A DNA stretch of 63,473 nt, counting the filler, from Saprolegnia diclina VS20 (lineage: Eukaryota): NCBI RefSeq assembly GCF_000281045.1. It is 9 parts of 2 records of this genome, joined end to end, with 100 filler letters (N's around TTAATTAATTAA, not from the genome) between each part and the next. Parts side by side here need not be neighbours in the genome. Positions count along the whole stretch, not along the records: positions 35,495 to 49,410 come from NW_008246075.1; positions 49,511 to 55,053 come from NW_008246076.1; positions 55,154 to 57,725 come from NW_008246076.1; positions 57,826 to 58,953 come from NW_008246076.1; positions 59,054 to 60,364 come from NW_008246076.1; 4 more parts are not named here. One strand, written 5' to 3'. A program made the position numbers and the translations under genes. Positions 47,501 through 59,494 of the stretch are shown here, piece after piece (position 1 is the stretch's first letter; each line of letters starts with the position of its first letter). The notes beneath the pieces were generated by a model, which made no database searches, was not told where the DNA came from, and saw nothing but the letters and a program-made list of their open reading frames with translations.

Positions 47501-49410
47501 TTGGCATCTCTATCGAGATCGATCGGCGCTGCGTCGGACAGGACATGGACTCTGGCCTTCTCTGCACCGCGGGACGCATCGTCATCGGCAGCAGCGACCG
47601 CGTGCTGCTCCTTCTGTGGCTGCAAATCGCCTCGCTCGTTGTCGCTTTAGTCATTGCGTCTGCGTGGCGAGTCGGTAGAGGCTACCACGCGTGCAAAGCC
47701 AATGACGGATGTGTACTGCTTCTGGGCACGGCGCAAGCCTTCATTGTCCCGTACCATGCGGCGCCGCTTGAGCCCCCGCAATACGACGCAGCGTCGTGTG
47801 TCCTCTGTGGTTTGTTGGCGATACCGCGCACGCGCTATGCGTTCAACATAGTGCTCTGGAGCACGACGGCAATTGAGCTGCCAGCTGCCTACACGACCAC
47901 CGCGGTCATTCCAGTGCGCCCGCACGTTTCCCATGTGATGCAAGTCCGACGCGCTGCAAGGACAGTCGTGCGCGAGAGACGGTCGACCATTTTTTTGAAA
48001 AACTAGAGAGCATTGCCGTCGAGACAGGAACGCGGAAGCGACGGCTTTTGCGCGCACTCGGTCTTCTCTACATGATCATCTCCATTCTGGGCAGTGTCTC
48101 GTACTTTGAGATTTCCAAAGTCAACTTGGCCAACGATCTCTACTGGCCCAACTTTAACGTCACGGGCCACCACGCGTTTTTTGCCAACTGGCTCAACGAA
48201 CAGCTCGTGCTGGGTTTAAACAACCACAATATTGCGCTCGATGATCCAAGCATCAACCTCCTCGGCTCCTATGCAGCGCCGACAGCGTTCGTCTCGACCG
48301 TCAACAACTATGGTGCCTGGCTCCAGCACAACGAACTCAGTGCGATCGAAGCCTCGATTGCGGGTCTTCGCGTCTCGGATGCATGCAACGCGCCCTGGAT
48401 CTTTACGCCGTACTGCTACCTCGACTGGAAGAAGCGATGGCAAATGGCCTACTCCAACCAGCGCCAACTGCGGTGTCAGAAGATGGAGAAAAACGCTGCC
48501 GTGTACCTCGAGTCGGTGCTGCGCAACATTGACTATGCAACCTTTGCGTATTGTTGGGGCAGTGCGTTTGAGACGGCGTTTGGTGCCGACCTGCGACAGT
48601 CGTCCGACGGTCAAGACTGGCTACATTCAATGGCGACAGAGCGACTGCCGCTGCAAGATGAAACCGCGCTGTGGCGCCAGCACAATCTATCAATATTTCA
48701 AGTGCAGTGGCAAAACTACAAGCGCATCGGCGCCATCAACAGCTACACCATAACCAACGCCTACGGTATCGCCTACCCAATGACACTCATGGCCCTCAAC
48801 GGCAGCTACCGCTGGAGCAGTCAAACAACGTACAAGATGTACTGGTCACTCGCCAACGATCTCTCTGCGATTGCATCCAACACCAGTGGTATCAGCGGTC
48901 TCAGTCTCTTGCGAACGAGTCCTCGGTTCGCCTTTGCCAACACGTCGCTGCAAGCCGTCCTCACAACAAACTTGACGTTGATGTCGCCACTGGCCAAAGG
49001 ACTCGCCCTTGTCGCAGCGACGATCGGCCCATTTGGCGTCACAGACATGGTGTATGTACGCGTTCCAGCAGCCGTTAGCAGCGTCTTTCGCGACATAATT
49101 CAAATGACACGCCTCGCTATGGCCCCGTCAGTCCACGCTCAAGCCGCCTACAACCAAATCACACCACTCGGCACGTCGTACCCGATTCCGAAAAAGTGGC
49201 TCACACCCAACTACGGCTCGCTTGGCGGCTCGCCGCTCTGCCAAGAGCTCATTGCTAGCAAGGTGGTCTCCGGCGGACTCACTTGCATGCCGTCTTATGA
49301 CCTACCGTGTCTGCCAACGTCGCCCGTGCAGAGCAAGGTCCTGCCAACGCGCCAACACTATATCGTGTCGGCGATTCTCTCGGGTCTTGTCGCATCACCG
49401 CCCAGTGACT
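44573..49410 (+). pseudogene. Giant multi-pass membrane family member 2, interrupted by 594-bp insertion; 3' end lost at linker
   Basis: Collinear with member 1 (NDLWW, CWVDFN, FELQWQ, FNRLVGSVWVGR, NDLYW). The frame breaks at 46326 and resumes at 46921; probable intron ~47944-48027. Confidence 0.75.
46327..46920 (+). other. 594-bp foreign insertion carrying an acidic coiled-coil ORF fragment (46548-46920)
   Basis: Removing it restores CAG CCT CT|C GAG ACC = QPLETATKMVYY, aligning to KPLHDATRVLYY of member 1. No GT donor, no obvious TSD or TIR. Confidence 0.8.
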
Positions 49411-49510
49411 NNNNNNNNNNNNNNNNNNNNNNNNNNNNNNNNNNNNNNNNNNNNTTAATTAATTAANNNNNNNNNNNNNNNNNNNNNNNNNNNNNNNNNN
49501 NNNNNNNNNN

Positions 49511-49636
49511 GAGCTCGGCTGGCCGCGCCAAGGACGGTAGCATGCTCGTGGCATCACGCGTCAGAAGCGCCATTTCGCCGAAGATGCATGCGGCGCCGAG
49601 CCACAAGAGCGTGACGAGGTAGAGAGGCGAGGCCAT
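49511..49636 (-). CDS. 5' fragment of TPR protein paralog (identical to start of 54102 gene), truncated by linker
   Basis: MASPLYLVTLLWLGAACIFGEMALLTRDATSMLPSLARPAEL; exact reverse complement of 54102-54227. Confidence 0.75.
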
Positions 49637-50351
49637 GGCGGAAGCGGCGTCCGATGCGCTCGCTGCCAGTGCCACGCGATTGCGATCTTGAGTCGAGTTG
49701 CGGTAAACCGCACTTTATCGGGTAGAGTGGTACATTAGGTACGACTAGAAACACCCAGCTGGGTTTGCCCACTCTGCTCCGCTCTGTCGGCCTGGAATGC
49801 ACGTGAACGACGCGGACAGCAACTCGTAGCACTGCGGCACGTTGCGCTCGGCTCGACAATCGCTAATGCAGTCGAGTGGATGTCCTGTGGGTCGTCGTCG
49901 CCAGATCGAGGCCAACGGCGCCTTTTTATGCTTCGACGGTTCGCTATCTGATCCAATGCAGCAGCTTTTTTACGGAGCGCCCCGTGTGGCTTGGCCTGTT
50001 GGGTGCATTCGTATAGCGTCTTGTAGCTTGGCTGCTTTGGCCTGCGCTGCTCCAGAGAGGCTCTGTGGGGCTTTGCCTCATCGCGTTGAAGCGGGCAAAT
50101 CCTGGCGTGCAATTAGCCATTCGCTTAAGTGTGCACTTGAAGCACCCGGTGTACGCAACGCCTGTATCGTTTGAGGAGGGCCCCATGTATTTTTATTCAT
50201 GGTGTTTTTACACAATACAAAAAATGAGATATGTAGGCTGCAAAGCCAAAGATACAATTATGGGGGCCCTGGTTTTTCGAGGTACCCCGGGGTATACGAC
50301 CAGCGAATTGCTGACGAGCCACTCAGCATTTTGTGGCCGACGCCAGCCGCC

Positions 50352-53250
50352 ATGTCCAAGCAGTTGCCCTCGAAGGAGAGCACGCTCTTCCGCTCCATTG
50401 TGGTACGTCATGATGGTCGCCCTGGGCGTATGGCTCATGCGCGAGGTAGAAATACTATGAGATCAAGCAGTACAAGAAGGGTCTCAAGGCGGCGGACGCG
50501 ATCCTCAAGAAGTTCCCGGAGCACGGCGAGACGCTCGCCATGAAGGGCTTGACCTTGAACTGCATGGGCAAGAAGGAAGTACGTGCATCGATCCTGCATG
50601 CGTGGCGCTGAGGCGATGCTCTAGGAAGCGTACGAGTTTGTGCGTCAGGGCGTCAAGCGCGACCTCAAGTCGCACGTGTGCTGGCACGTCTACGGCCTCC
50701 TGTACCGCTCGGACCGCAACTACGCCGAGGCCATCAAGGTACGCTCTCTGACGTCACATTTGTCGCTCACACGCATGCTAGTGCTACCGCCAAGCGTTGC
50801 GCATTGACCCGGACAATGCGCAGATCCTCCGCGATCTCTACCTGCTCCAGGTGCAGATGCGCGACCTCAAGGGCTACTGCGAGACGCGCCGCATGTTCCT
50901 CACGCTCAAGCCCAACAACCGCAACAACTGGATTGGCCTCGCGATCGCGCACCACCTGCATGGCACGCACCAGACGGCGATCGACATCCTCGACAAGTAC
51001 TCGGCGACGCTCGAATCGTCGCGGGATGCGTACGCGCCCATGTCTCTTCCTCCTATGCCAACGATGCCCTTGTAGCAACTACGACGACAGCGAAATGTAC
51101 CTCTACCAGAACGAGATCATCCAGGAGACGGGCGACATTGCTGCCTGCCTTGCGCACCTCGAGACCATCAAGCCGTATGTGCTCGACACGCTCGTGTGGC
51201 GTCAGCGCAAGGCCGAGTGCTTGATCCTCCGTACGTCCTCCATCCTCGATCACCGCCTCGCTCACATGTGCATGTGCAGAGGGCGCGCACGACGACGCGA
51301 TGGCCATCTACGCCGAGCTCCTCGACATCAACATGGACAACTACGCGTACCACCGCGGCGTCCAGGCTGCGCTCTGCCAGCAGCCCTCGTGGCTCAAGCT
51401 CTCGTCGCTCCCGTCGACGACCGCTTCGCTCACGCAGGCCGAGAAGACGACGCTCGCTGCGTACTACAACAAGACGCCCGACTGCCAAACGCACTGCCGC
51501 ATTGCGCTCGACGTTCTCAGCGGCGCCGACCTCAAGGCCAAGCTCGATGCGTACCTTCGCCGTGGGCTCAAGAAGGGCGTGCCGTCGCTCGGCTCGGACG
51601 TCAAGTCGCTCTACGCTTCGCCTGCCGCGCAGCCGCTCCTCTCGGAGCTCATGGCAACGTACCTCTCGGAGGAAGCTAGCGTGGCGTCGAGCGAGTGGGT
51701 CTGGCGCCTCTACTTGGCCGCGCAGCACTACGACCGCCTCCGTGAAGTGAGCCGCGCGCTCGAGTTCATCGACAAGTGCCTCACGCACACGCCGACAGTC
51801 CTCGAGTTTTACCAGATGAAGGGCCGCATCCTCAAGCACGCTGGCGACTACTCGGCCGCCGCGACGATCGTGGACGAAGGCCGCAAGCTCGACCTTGCAG
51901 ATCGGTACTGGCTTGATCCTTGACATCCTCTTTATGTAGCATGTGGGGCTAGGTACATCAACAACAAGGCGACCAAGTACTTTTTGCGCGCCAACCGGAT
52001 CGCTGAGGCCGAAGCGACGATCGCGCTCTTCACGCGCCATGAAGGCGACCCGCAGCAGAACCTCTTTGAGATGCAGTGCATGTGGTACGAGAACGCGGTC
52101 GCGGCTGCGCACTCGCGTCTGCAGGCCAACGGCCCCGCGCTCAAGAAGTTTGCGGCCGTCGAGAAGCACTTCAACGACTTTATTGTACGTCCTGTTCCAA
52201 AATGTGTACATTTTTGTACATTTTGTACAGTTTTGTACAGTTTTTATGCATTTTTTCTCATTTTTCGCGACTATATAGGACGACCAGTTTGACTTTCACA
52301 GCTACTGCATGCGCAAGATGACGCTGCGTGCGTATGTGCAGATGCTCCGCATGTGCGACACGCTGCTGCAGCACAAGGTCATGGTCAAGGCGCTCCACGG
52401 CGCGATCGCGGTCCAGCTCGCCCGCTTTGACGTGCCCAACGCCTCTGCGGTGGAGACGAGCCCGGATGCCAAGATGTCGGCGGCCGACAAGGCCAAGGCC
52501 AAGCGTGCGGCCGCCAAGGCCCGCAAGGCCGAGTTCCGCAAGGCCGAAGAAGCCAACGTGCAGTCGCAGCTCCAGAAGGAGCAGGAGGCCGCCGAGCGCG
52601 AGAAGCTCGACAAGACCAAGAAGAAGCCGACGCAGCGTGCGCGTGAGACGCCAGTCGACACCGACCCGCTCGGCGAGGCGCTCCTTACCAAGGCGCCGCT
52701 CGAGGAGGCGTGGCGCCTCGTGAGCATCCTCAAGGAGTACGCGCCCAACGCCGTCGAGACCAACGTGGCGGCGTTCGACGTGGCATTCCGGCAACAAAAG
52801 TACCTTCTCTGCCTCGAAGCGCTCTTGGCGGCGCCCCGCGATGCATGGAGCGCACCGCTCTTGGTGCGCCTTGTGCAGCTCTACTCGGTCACGCCGATTG
52901 CGTCGCCACTGGTTGCCAAACTCCTCGGCGAGGCCAAGACGATCCTCTTCCGTGGCGCCAAGGACCTCTCGGCGGTCGTCGCGGCGGCCAAGAGCTCGCA
53001 CGGTGCGACGAGCTTGGTGTGGCGCGTCGCCGTCGCCGAAGCTGCTTGCCTCGTCGACGCCAAGGCCAGCAAGAGCTGGATCAGCGCGTGGCTTCTCGAA
53101 GACAAGGCGCAGGGGGCGGTCGAGACGTACGAAGCGGCGGTTGCGGTCGTCGCGCGCTTTTCGGACGCCAAAGAGTCCACGGCGTTTGCTGCCAAGGTCA
53201 AGGGCTGGTTCCCCCATGCGGTCGCGTTCGGGAACGCGTACAAGCACTAA
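50352..53250 (+). CDS. NAA15: N-alpha-acetyltransferase 15/16, NatA auxiliary subunit, about 7 introns
   Basis: [106 protein letters not shown]. Confidence 0.96.
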
Positions 53251-53472
53251 GTGCGTAAACCATAGACTCGTAGGCAGCTAATGCTACACCAATCGCACTT
53301 TTTGCCATTGTCCCTCGTCTGTGGCATCGGCGACCCGGCAGAACCCGACCCCTAGTGTAACCCTAACCCTAATCCTATCGCAACCAATGTCTCGTCGCTC
53401 TGTGCTCGATGACGAGAGACGTCAAGATCCCACGACGTTCATGTGCAACGCAGTGATACTAGAGGCGTCGAG

Positions 53473-53730
53473 TCAATGTACGGGGGTGGACAGCCACGCG
53501 AGAGGGTCGTCTGCGGGCGCAAGCACGGTGGTCGCTGGACGAAGATGCGACGCTGCATGCGCTTCTAGCAATTGACGAATCTTGCGACTTGACGTAGCTT
53601 GGAGCGCGGCGGGCGTGAAGCCTTCGTGCCGCTCGGATAGCAAGAAGGCAACGATTTCGTAATGACCGTGGATCGCTGCCACGTCCATGGCCAGTCGTCA
53701 CGCCTTCTGTGCTGCCACGTGATGCTCACA
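53473..53730 (-). pseudogene. Ankyrin-repeat remnant
   Basis: TEGVTT / AMDVAAIHGHYEIVAFLLSERHEGFT: oomycete-type ankyrin repeat with a frameshift between TT and AMD and an upstream in-frame stop. Confidence 0.6.
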
Positions 53731-54101
53731 GGTCGTCCACCGTACTTCAGCGAGCATCTAAATGCACGCAACTGGCTATGGTGCGAGCTCGTTTCACCGC
53801 GGTCGATAAAGCACGCGGCGGACGAGGTCAAGCGCGAGACGCCTTCGTCCTCCTTCTCAACATCCTTCTTCGTAACTTCTTAATATACAAGCACTCGTAC
53901 AACACCATGCCAGCTTAGGGAATGCATTGGTCTACCCGAGTACCAGGAAGGCAACATTGACCTCGACTCTTGACTCGCTGTTGCAAAGCTCAACATATTG
54001 GGTGTACCTAGCCGCACTTAACAAGCATGTATGTCTGATTAAGTACGCTTGTCAAAAGATCGCAATCGCGTGGCACTGGGGCATTAGACGCCGCTTCCGC
54101 C

Positions 54102-55053
54102 ATGGCCTCGCCTCTCTACCTCGTCACGCTCTTGTGGCTCGGCGCCGCATGCATCTTCGGCGAAATGGCGCTTCTGACGCGTGATGCCACGAGCATGCTA
54201 CCGTCCTTGGCGCGGCCAGCCGAGCTCGCGCCTGCGACGCACACCGTGGAGCTAGCCCCTGACACTACCGTACAGGTCTCTCGCTCGTGTCGCCACATCA
54301 ATACACTGATGATTCTTCGTAGGCAGCTCCAAGTGCCAGTGAGATGCGCAGAACATGCGCTGCCTACACTGCAGCAAGCCATTTTGACGTGGCCCGTGGT
54401 TGCTACGAGGCGCTGCTCAGCCTTGATACGCACGACTTTGACGCGCAGTACGCCTACGCGCAGCTGCTTCTCGACCATTTCCCAGGCTCTCATGCGGTCG
54501 CTGTGCTCGAAGCGGCTGTTGCTATCGCTGCGCCGCCGTTCCACCAAGCCCACATGGACGCCTTTAACTCTCTTGGGCTCATCTACCGCGACCAGCTCGA
54601 CTTCGAGAAGGCAGCGTCTGTCTTTGCGATACCGTTAACACCCTTGAACCGGTCGCACCCGAGCTTCCTGCCGCTGCTGATCAACCTCGCGGCCGTGCAT
54701 TTGCAGCAAGGCGACCATGACACGGCCCTCACACTGACCAACGACGCTTTGGTATCAAGTTGTCTAGTCTAGTTCGTCGTACTAGAGTCTTGCGACTAGA
54801 TCATTGCGCCCGAGAACGCATTCGTGTACCACAACCTCGGCGCGGTGTACTCTCATCTGCGCGACTATCGCTCGGCGCTCCACTACTCTCAGGTTGGTGG
54901 GCCCAGCTCCAAATAGGTCTCTCCAACTAATATATACAGCGCGCGACCGAGCTCGACCCGACCTTGGTCCAGTCCCACATGGCGATCGGTATTGCGATCT
55001 GCCACTTGAGCGATGCGGCGGCTGCTGTCGCTGCGTTCGACGCTGCGCTAGCC
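54102..55053 (+). CDS. Signal-peptide/anchor TPR-repeat protein, multi-exon, 3' truncated at linker
   Basis: Hydrophobic N-terminus; TPR-like helices ARGCYEALLSLD, AFNSLGLIYRDQLDFEKA, LINLAAVHLQQGD, YHNLGAVY; GT-AG introns. Confidence 0.75.
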
Positions 55054-55259
55054 NNNNNNNNNNNNNNNNNNNNNNNNNNNNNNNNNNNNNNNNNNNNTTA
55101 ATTAATTAANNNNNNNNNNNNNNNNNNNNNNNNNNNNNNNNNNNNNNNNNNNNAGTAAGAGGCATGGACGACGAGTTGGGTTTCGCAATCTAAAGTGACG
55201 GATTGTGCATTCAGTATTTATAGTTGCGACTTGTAGTCTAAGCTACTGATGGTCTGACG

Positions 55260-55907
55260 CTACCACGAAACGGCGGTCTTCTCGATCGTCTCGATGAGCT
55301 GGGATGGCAGCAGCTCGCGGCTGAAGAACGAGACGGTGCCAAACTCGGCGTTGAACTGATCACTGTAGAGCTGTGCGAGCCAGAACCAGTACGACTCGCC
55401 CTTGCCTACGCCGAGGAGCTGCTTGTTCAAGAGCTGCTTGTCGGGGGTGTCGATAGCGCGAGATGGACAACTCCCCTTGATCTGGGAAAGGCAGGCCGCG
55501 TACTCATGGTTGAGGTTTGAGGCCATTCCAGCAGCCCGTTCCAGCACCTCGGGCAGCGACCGGACGCGGTACTTGGCGTCAAACTTGGTCTCGTGATCCG
55601 GCAAGGTCGTGAACTGATGTAGGTCCAGCGCCGACACTGTCGCAAAGGCAGCTTCCAGACCGTCGAGCTCGACAGTCTCCTCAAAGATGTCGTAGCGCTC
55701 GCATAGCTTCATCGCTTCAGTGGAGAAGGCAGCGCGCCATGGCCACTGACTGCGCTCCTTGGGCCACGGCTCGTGCACGCGAGTGTGGTACGACTCGATG
55801 TGGTTGAGCAGAGCGCGGCGCAGCGACCAGACGACCAGGAACGGGTTGTGGAGACCGAGGCCGCCGAGTTTGAGCGGCCATTGGGCCCACGCTGCTGGCA
55901 GCGTCTC
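55260..55907 (-). CDS. rvt: C-terminal fragment of rvt-type cellular reverse transcriptase
   Basis: WPLKLGGLGLHNPF (thumb-region P..LGGL.L.NPF) and terminal YWFWLAQLYSDQFNAEFGTVSFFSRELLPSQLI...VSW*, recalled as matching the fungal rvt C-terminal pattern YW.W...LY......FG.L......LLP. Recognition from memory, not a database search. Confidence 0.75.
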   Translation of the reverse strand, partial: ETLPAAWAQWPLKLGGLGLHNPFLVVWSLRRALLNHIESYHTRVHEPWPKERSQWPWRAAFSTEAMKLCERYDIFEETVELDGLEAAFATVSALDLHQFTTLPDHETKFDAKYRVRSLPEVLERAAGMASNLNHEYAACLSQIKGSCPSRAIDTPDKQLLNKQLLGVGKGESYWFWLAQLYSDQFNAEFGTVSFFSRELLPSQLIETIEKTAVSW

Positions 55908-56852
55908 NNNNNNNNNNNNNNNNNNNNNNNNNNNNNNNNNNNNNNNNNNNNNNNNNNNNNNNNNNNNNNNNNNNNNNNNNNNNNNNNNNNNNNNNNNNNN
56001 NNNNNNNNNNNNNNNNNNNNNNNNNNNNNNNGGCAGAGAATAGAGAGAGTATCGATTGCAGCTGCGCACTATTGATATCCTATGCTCGCTTGGAGTCTGC
56101 CTACTCGCCTCGGCTGGAAGTGCTCGGAGGCGCTGGTGGCTCGCCGCATTTTGTAGTTGAGAGCCAGAACCACGGTGAGTCCCGCTTTCTAATGCGGGAG
56201 CAATAATGCAACAATGTCGGGTGCAAACGTTATGATGACTACGCTCGCTTGCATTGGGACCAGGGGAAATTCCTTGGTTTGGGACCAACAGATATCGCTT
56301 CTGCACATTGTCTCCGTTTCTTGAATGATGTCGGTCGAAGCCATATTAGGTACTAGTACACTAGTATGCATATACGCTCGCCATTTGGCTTTTCTATGGT
56401 CCGCAACTCGTCGAGTCGAATGCATCGATAATATTCTGGCCCAGCAAGGGCCCTTTGACGGTGCCGGCCAAAGAGTTGCATGCGAGTACATGCGAGTGAA
56501 CATGTAGGCTCGATGTACGTAAAATCGGGATCAAAAAGTTTATGTACACGATATACAAAGAAAGAGGAGAAAGGGATTGAAAGATCTTCTTCACAAATCG
56601 TCCACATTGTACGAGTATTAGTTTTTGAGAGACATTCGCCACAGCCTCTGAGATTCGATCAATCGCTGAGCTCTGTCGCCCATATGAAATGCCGACCACG
56701 ACCTTGACAAACCTCTTGAATTCACAATGGCTCGACAATGAACGATCCTGAAGTGTCCACACAGATAGACGTCCACAACCCCGCACAGGTATCCAGATGT
56801 ACATGCCGGATGTACGTGTTGTATCCGGAGGATCACAACGCAGCGCCAAAAT

Positions 56853-56867
56853 CTCATTTTGACTTTC
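56853..56867 (+). promoter_or_regulatory. Inr+FPR-like core promoter upstream of rvt N-terminal ORF
   Basis: CTCATTTTGACTTTC about 17-30 bp before ATG 56884. Confidence 0.5.
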
Positions 56868-56883
56868 CCATTCATCGCCCAGC

Positions 56884-57725
56884 ATGTCGACGACCCATGG
56901 CGCGATGAAGCATCAAGTGCTGCAGACTGCTACCAAGACCAAGCTGCGCGAGCTCAACGCCCACGAGCAGCGCCTGCGGACGCACTACGCGGCGCTGCTG
57001 GCAGCGGCGAACCACGCCGAGGCACCAATGCGCGTTCAGCTCGAGACGCTCTACGCGGGTGTCAAGGACTTGCAAGTCGTGCAGACGCCGTTGCATCCAG
57101 GACTTGAAGATTTGGGCGCGCTCACCGACTTTGCCAAGATCGACGTCTGGACGACGGCGCAGGCGGTGGCCCAACACCGATCGTCGCTGCTCAAGGAGAT
57201 CGACCAACGCCAGTCGCTCTGGCGACACAACAAGCTGCTCGGCGCGCTTTTGCACGAGTCGTTGACCGAAGAGCTGGCGCCCGTCGATGCCGAGTGGGAA
57301 GCCGTGGGTGACGCGACCAGCAGCGGCGTCGGCGAGCTCACGGTAGCCGAGACACAAGCGCAGCTCGAACAATACTTCTTCGCACCAGCCCCCGGTGTGA
57401 CCGAAGAGGCTGTCTTCGACTACCTCGAATCGACCGTCTTTGCCGAACGGCCCGAGTACGGCCGTGAAAAGTGGGCCCGTGTCCGAGATGCGCTGAGCTG
57501 CGTGCGCGCCGAGCTCAGCGAGTTCTCCGAGTCATTCCGTTTGCGCGCCAAGGTCTCGAGCGACGACGTCGTCAAAGCGGCGACGCTCCTGCTGCGGGAC
57601 GCGGCGACCTTGGCCGACGACGTGGCCGACTTTTTGCGCGACGTCCAAGGCAACACGACGACGCAGCAGGAGCTCGCCGACGTGCTTACGATCGAGCTGA
57701 GCAACCTGACCGAGTTTAGCTGGCC
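56884..57725 (+). CDS. rvt: N-terminal fragment of rvt-type cellular reverse transcriptase (coiled-coil N-terminus up to RT start), truncated by linker
   Basis: VLQTATKTKLREL, LLGALLHE, WEAVG, QLEQYFF, and LRDVQGNTTTQQELADVLTIELSNLTEFSW, recalled as matching rvt TL..IT..KL.EL ... L.DF..N...L.E.ADVLNMR...L..W.W. Recognition from memory. Confidence 0.75.
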
Positions 57726-58867
57726 NNNNNNNNNNNNNNNNNNNNNNNNNNNNNNNNNNNNNNNNNNNNTTAATTAATTAANNNNNNNNNNNNNNNNNNN
57801 NNNNNNNNNNNNNNNNNNNNNNNNNCAGGCCAAGCTCGGCTAAGCATCGCAGGGCGAGCCACACACACATACTCGTACCACAAGCCAACAATATACAGTA
57901 TGAGGCACATGGAAGACAGACTTGTGCAATATTTGAATCATGAACATGAACGCCGACGCTTCACGTGAGGCCGACTGCACAGGCAGCGAGGAGCGCCCAT
58001 AGCGTCCCGAGGCCTCTAGCCCAAGCGTACTCCTTTTCATCATTCATCCAGTCAGTCGATGGAACCACTGGAGATACGATCGCCCCTTGAGCTCCACCAC
58101 CGACATGCGCGGTAGCGTAAGCTCTGGCACGATAAAGTCTGCTGGCGCCGACTAGGCTGCGAGGTACCGAGTGCAGGATGTACCTTAAAAAGGGCGCGGC
58201 CGCGTGATCGACAGTCCCAGGCGGCGACAACAGCTTCGAGTCGCGCCACAGCGAGGTCGTTGTAGCGCCAGAACGGCGGCGATGACGATGGCGACGAGGA
58301 GGATTGCGACGCTTAGTAGCGCCCGATACACGAGGCGCTGGACCATACGGTGGACGTGCTACGTGTACCAGAGCACGCGCGCCGACCTGGTACGAGGCAG
58401 CCGACCTGTCACCGCTCCATTCGCTGTGTTGGGTGCCAAATGAAAAGTAATAAAAACACCAACGAGCGTGAAATTGAACCTGCCGAGCACTCTGCATACT
58501 TTAATCGAGTTTATTAAAACGTGGAAGCCATTTTCGCTTAATCGTGGACCAGCGTGGATCAGGGGCTGAATATCCACGTTTGTCGAGAGGCCTGGTTCTG
58601 CAACTCGCCCGCTCGTGCTGGCCGGTCGCCACGCCATTTCGTCCCGGCACGGACGGTCCGGGCATCCGGATAATAGCCCTTGGACCGCCAGAGACAACGC
58701 GAATGGGTCGACATGCACTTGGAGCCTTGCAGCATCGCCACCGGTTCCCGGTGTAGACCCCACAAATACCCCTCAGCACCTTACAACCCTGTCACGCGAA
58801 CACCCTAACCCGCCCCGACAACCAGAAAACCTGGGACGCCACTTGCGGATTTGCCTCGTCCTCCACC

Positions 58868-58953
58868 ATGCTCCGCACGACGACGACGACCTTGCGCAAG
58901 CCGACAACGATGGCCCGCGGCTTTAGCTCGGCGGCCAACAAGATTGGCGTCAT
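58868..58953 (+). CDS. 5' fragment of mitochondrially targeted NAD(P)-binding dehydrogenase (truncated by linker)
   Basis: MLRTTTTTLRKPTTMARGFSSAANKIGVI: Arg/Thr-rich presequence with R-x-F-S cleavage motif, then a Rossmann beta-1 strand. Inr+FPR-like CCACTTGCGGATTTG just upstream. Confidence 0.6.
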
Positions 58954-59053
58954 NNNNNNNNNNNNNNNNNNNNNNNNNNNNNNNNNNNNNNNNNNNNTTA
59001 ATTAATTAANNNNNNNNNNNNNNNNNNNNNNNNNNNNNNNNNNNNNNNNNNNN

Positions 59054-59494
59054 GTAGACGCGACCCATATCGACCCAGCAGTACTGCGCAAACATGCGAA
59101 CGCTCCATGCAAATGGCGTGTGGCGCATGACCGATATGACGTTCTCAAACGACACGTTGGCGAGAAGCACTTGACGCGAGAGCGAGAGTGTCATATCGAT
59201 GAACGTACTCGCTTCATAGCTCTTCTCTAAAACCACTTCAGTGAGGGGCATCGAATACGACGATGTTAGCTGCAAACGCCGATGAAAGACGTCGGCTAGG
59301 AACGTCTGTGGTCCGGCCGTGGTAAAGCCTGCCCACCAGAGGTCGTTGGTGATGTTGGGCTGCAAGATCACAACGAGAAAGTAGAGACTGAGGGCCGACG
59401 AGACGACGACGTAGAGTCGCGCGAGGAGCGCGAGGCGGGAACTCCGCGGCGCGGCAAGCGCGTGGACATGGCTCTCAGTAGGGGCCACGCGCAT
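59054..59494 (-). CDS. Giant multi-pass membrane family member 3, 5' fragment
   Basis: MRVAPTES...LYFLVVILQPNITNDLWWAGF...QYCWVDMGRVY, cut by linker. Confidence 0.85.

Noticed and set aside
52185..52278. AT-rich TTTTGTACA repeats inside NAA15
   Set aside because: Lies entirely within a GT-AG intron; simple slippage repeat.
53347..53376. Telomere-like CCCTAACCCTAA (also ~21374-21395, ~58802)
   Set aside because: Only 2-3 degenerate units; too short to call telomeric or functional.
55260..56306. 348-aa ORF spanning the N gap
   Set aside because: The portion right of the gap (56032-56306) is non-coding-like and only joined through Ns; only 55260-55907 is supported.
55154..58953. Search for a retron-like or template ncRNA next to the rvt fragments
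   Set aside because: No convincing inverted repeats or structured array seen by eye, and flanks are cut by linkers; covariance analysis across orthologs would be needed.
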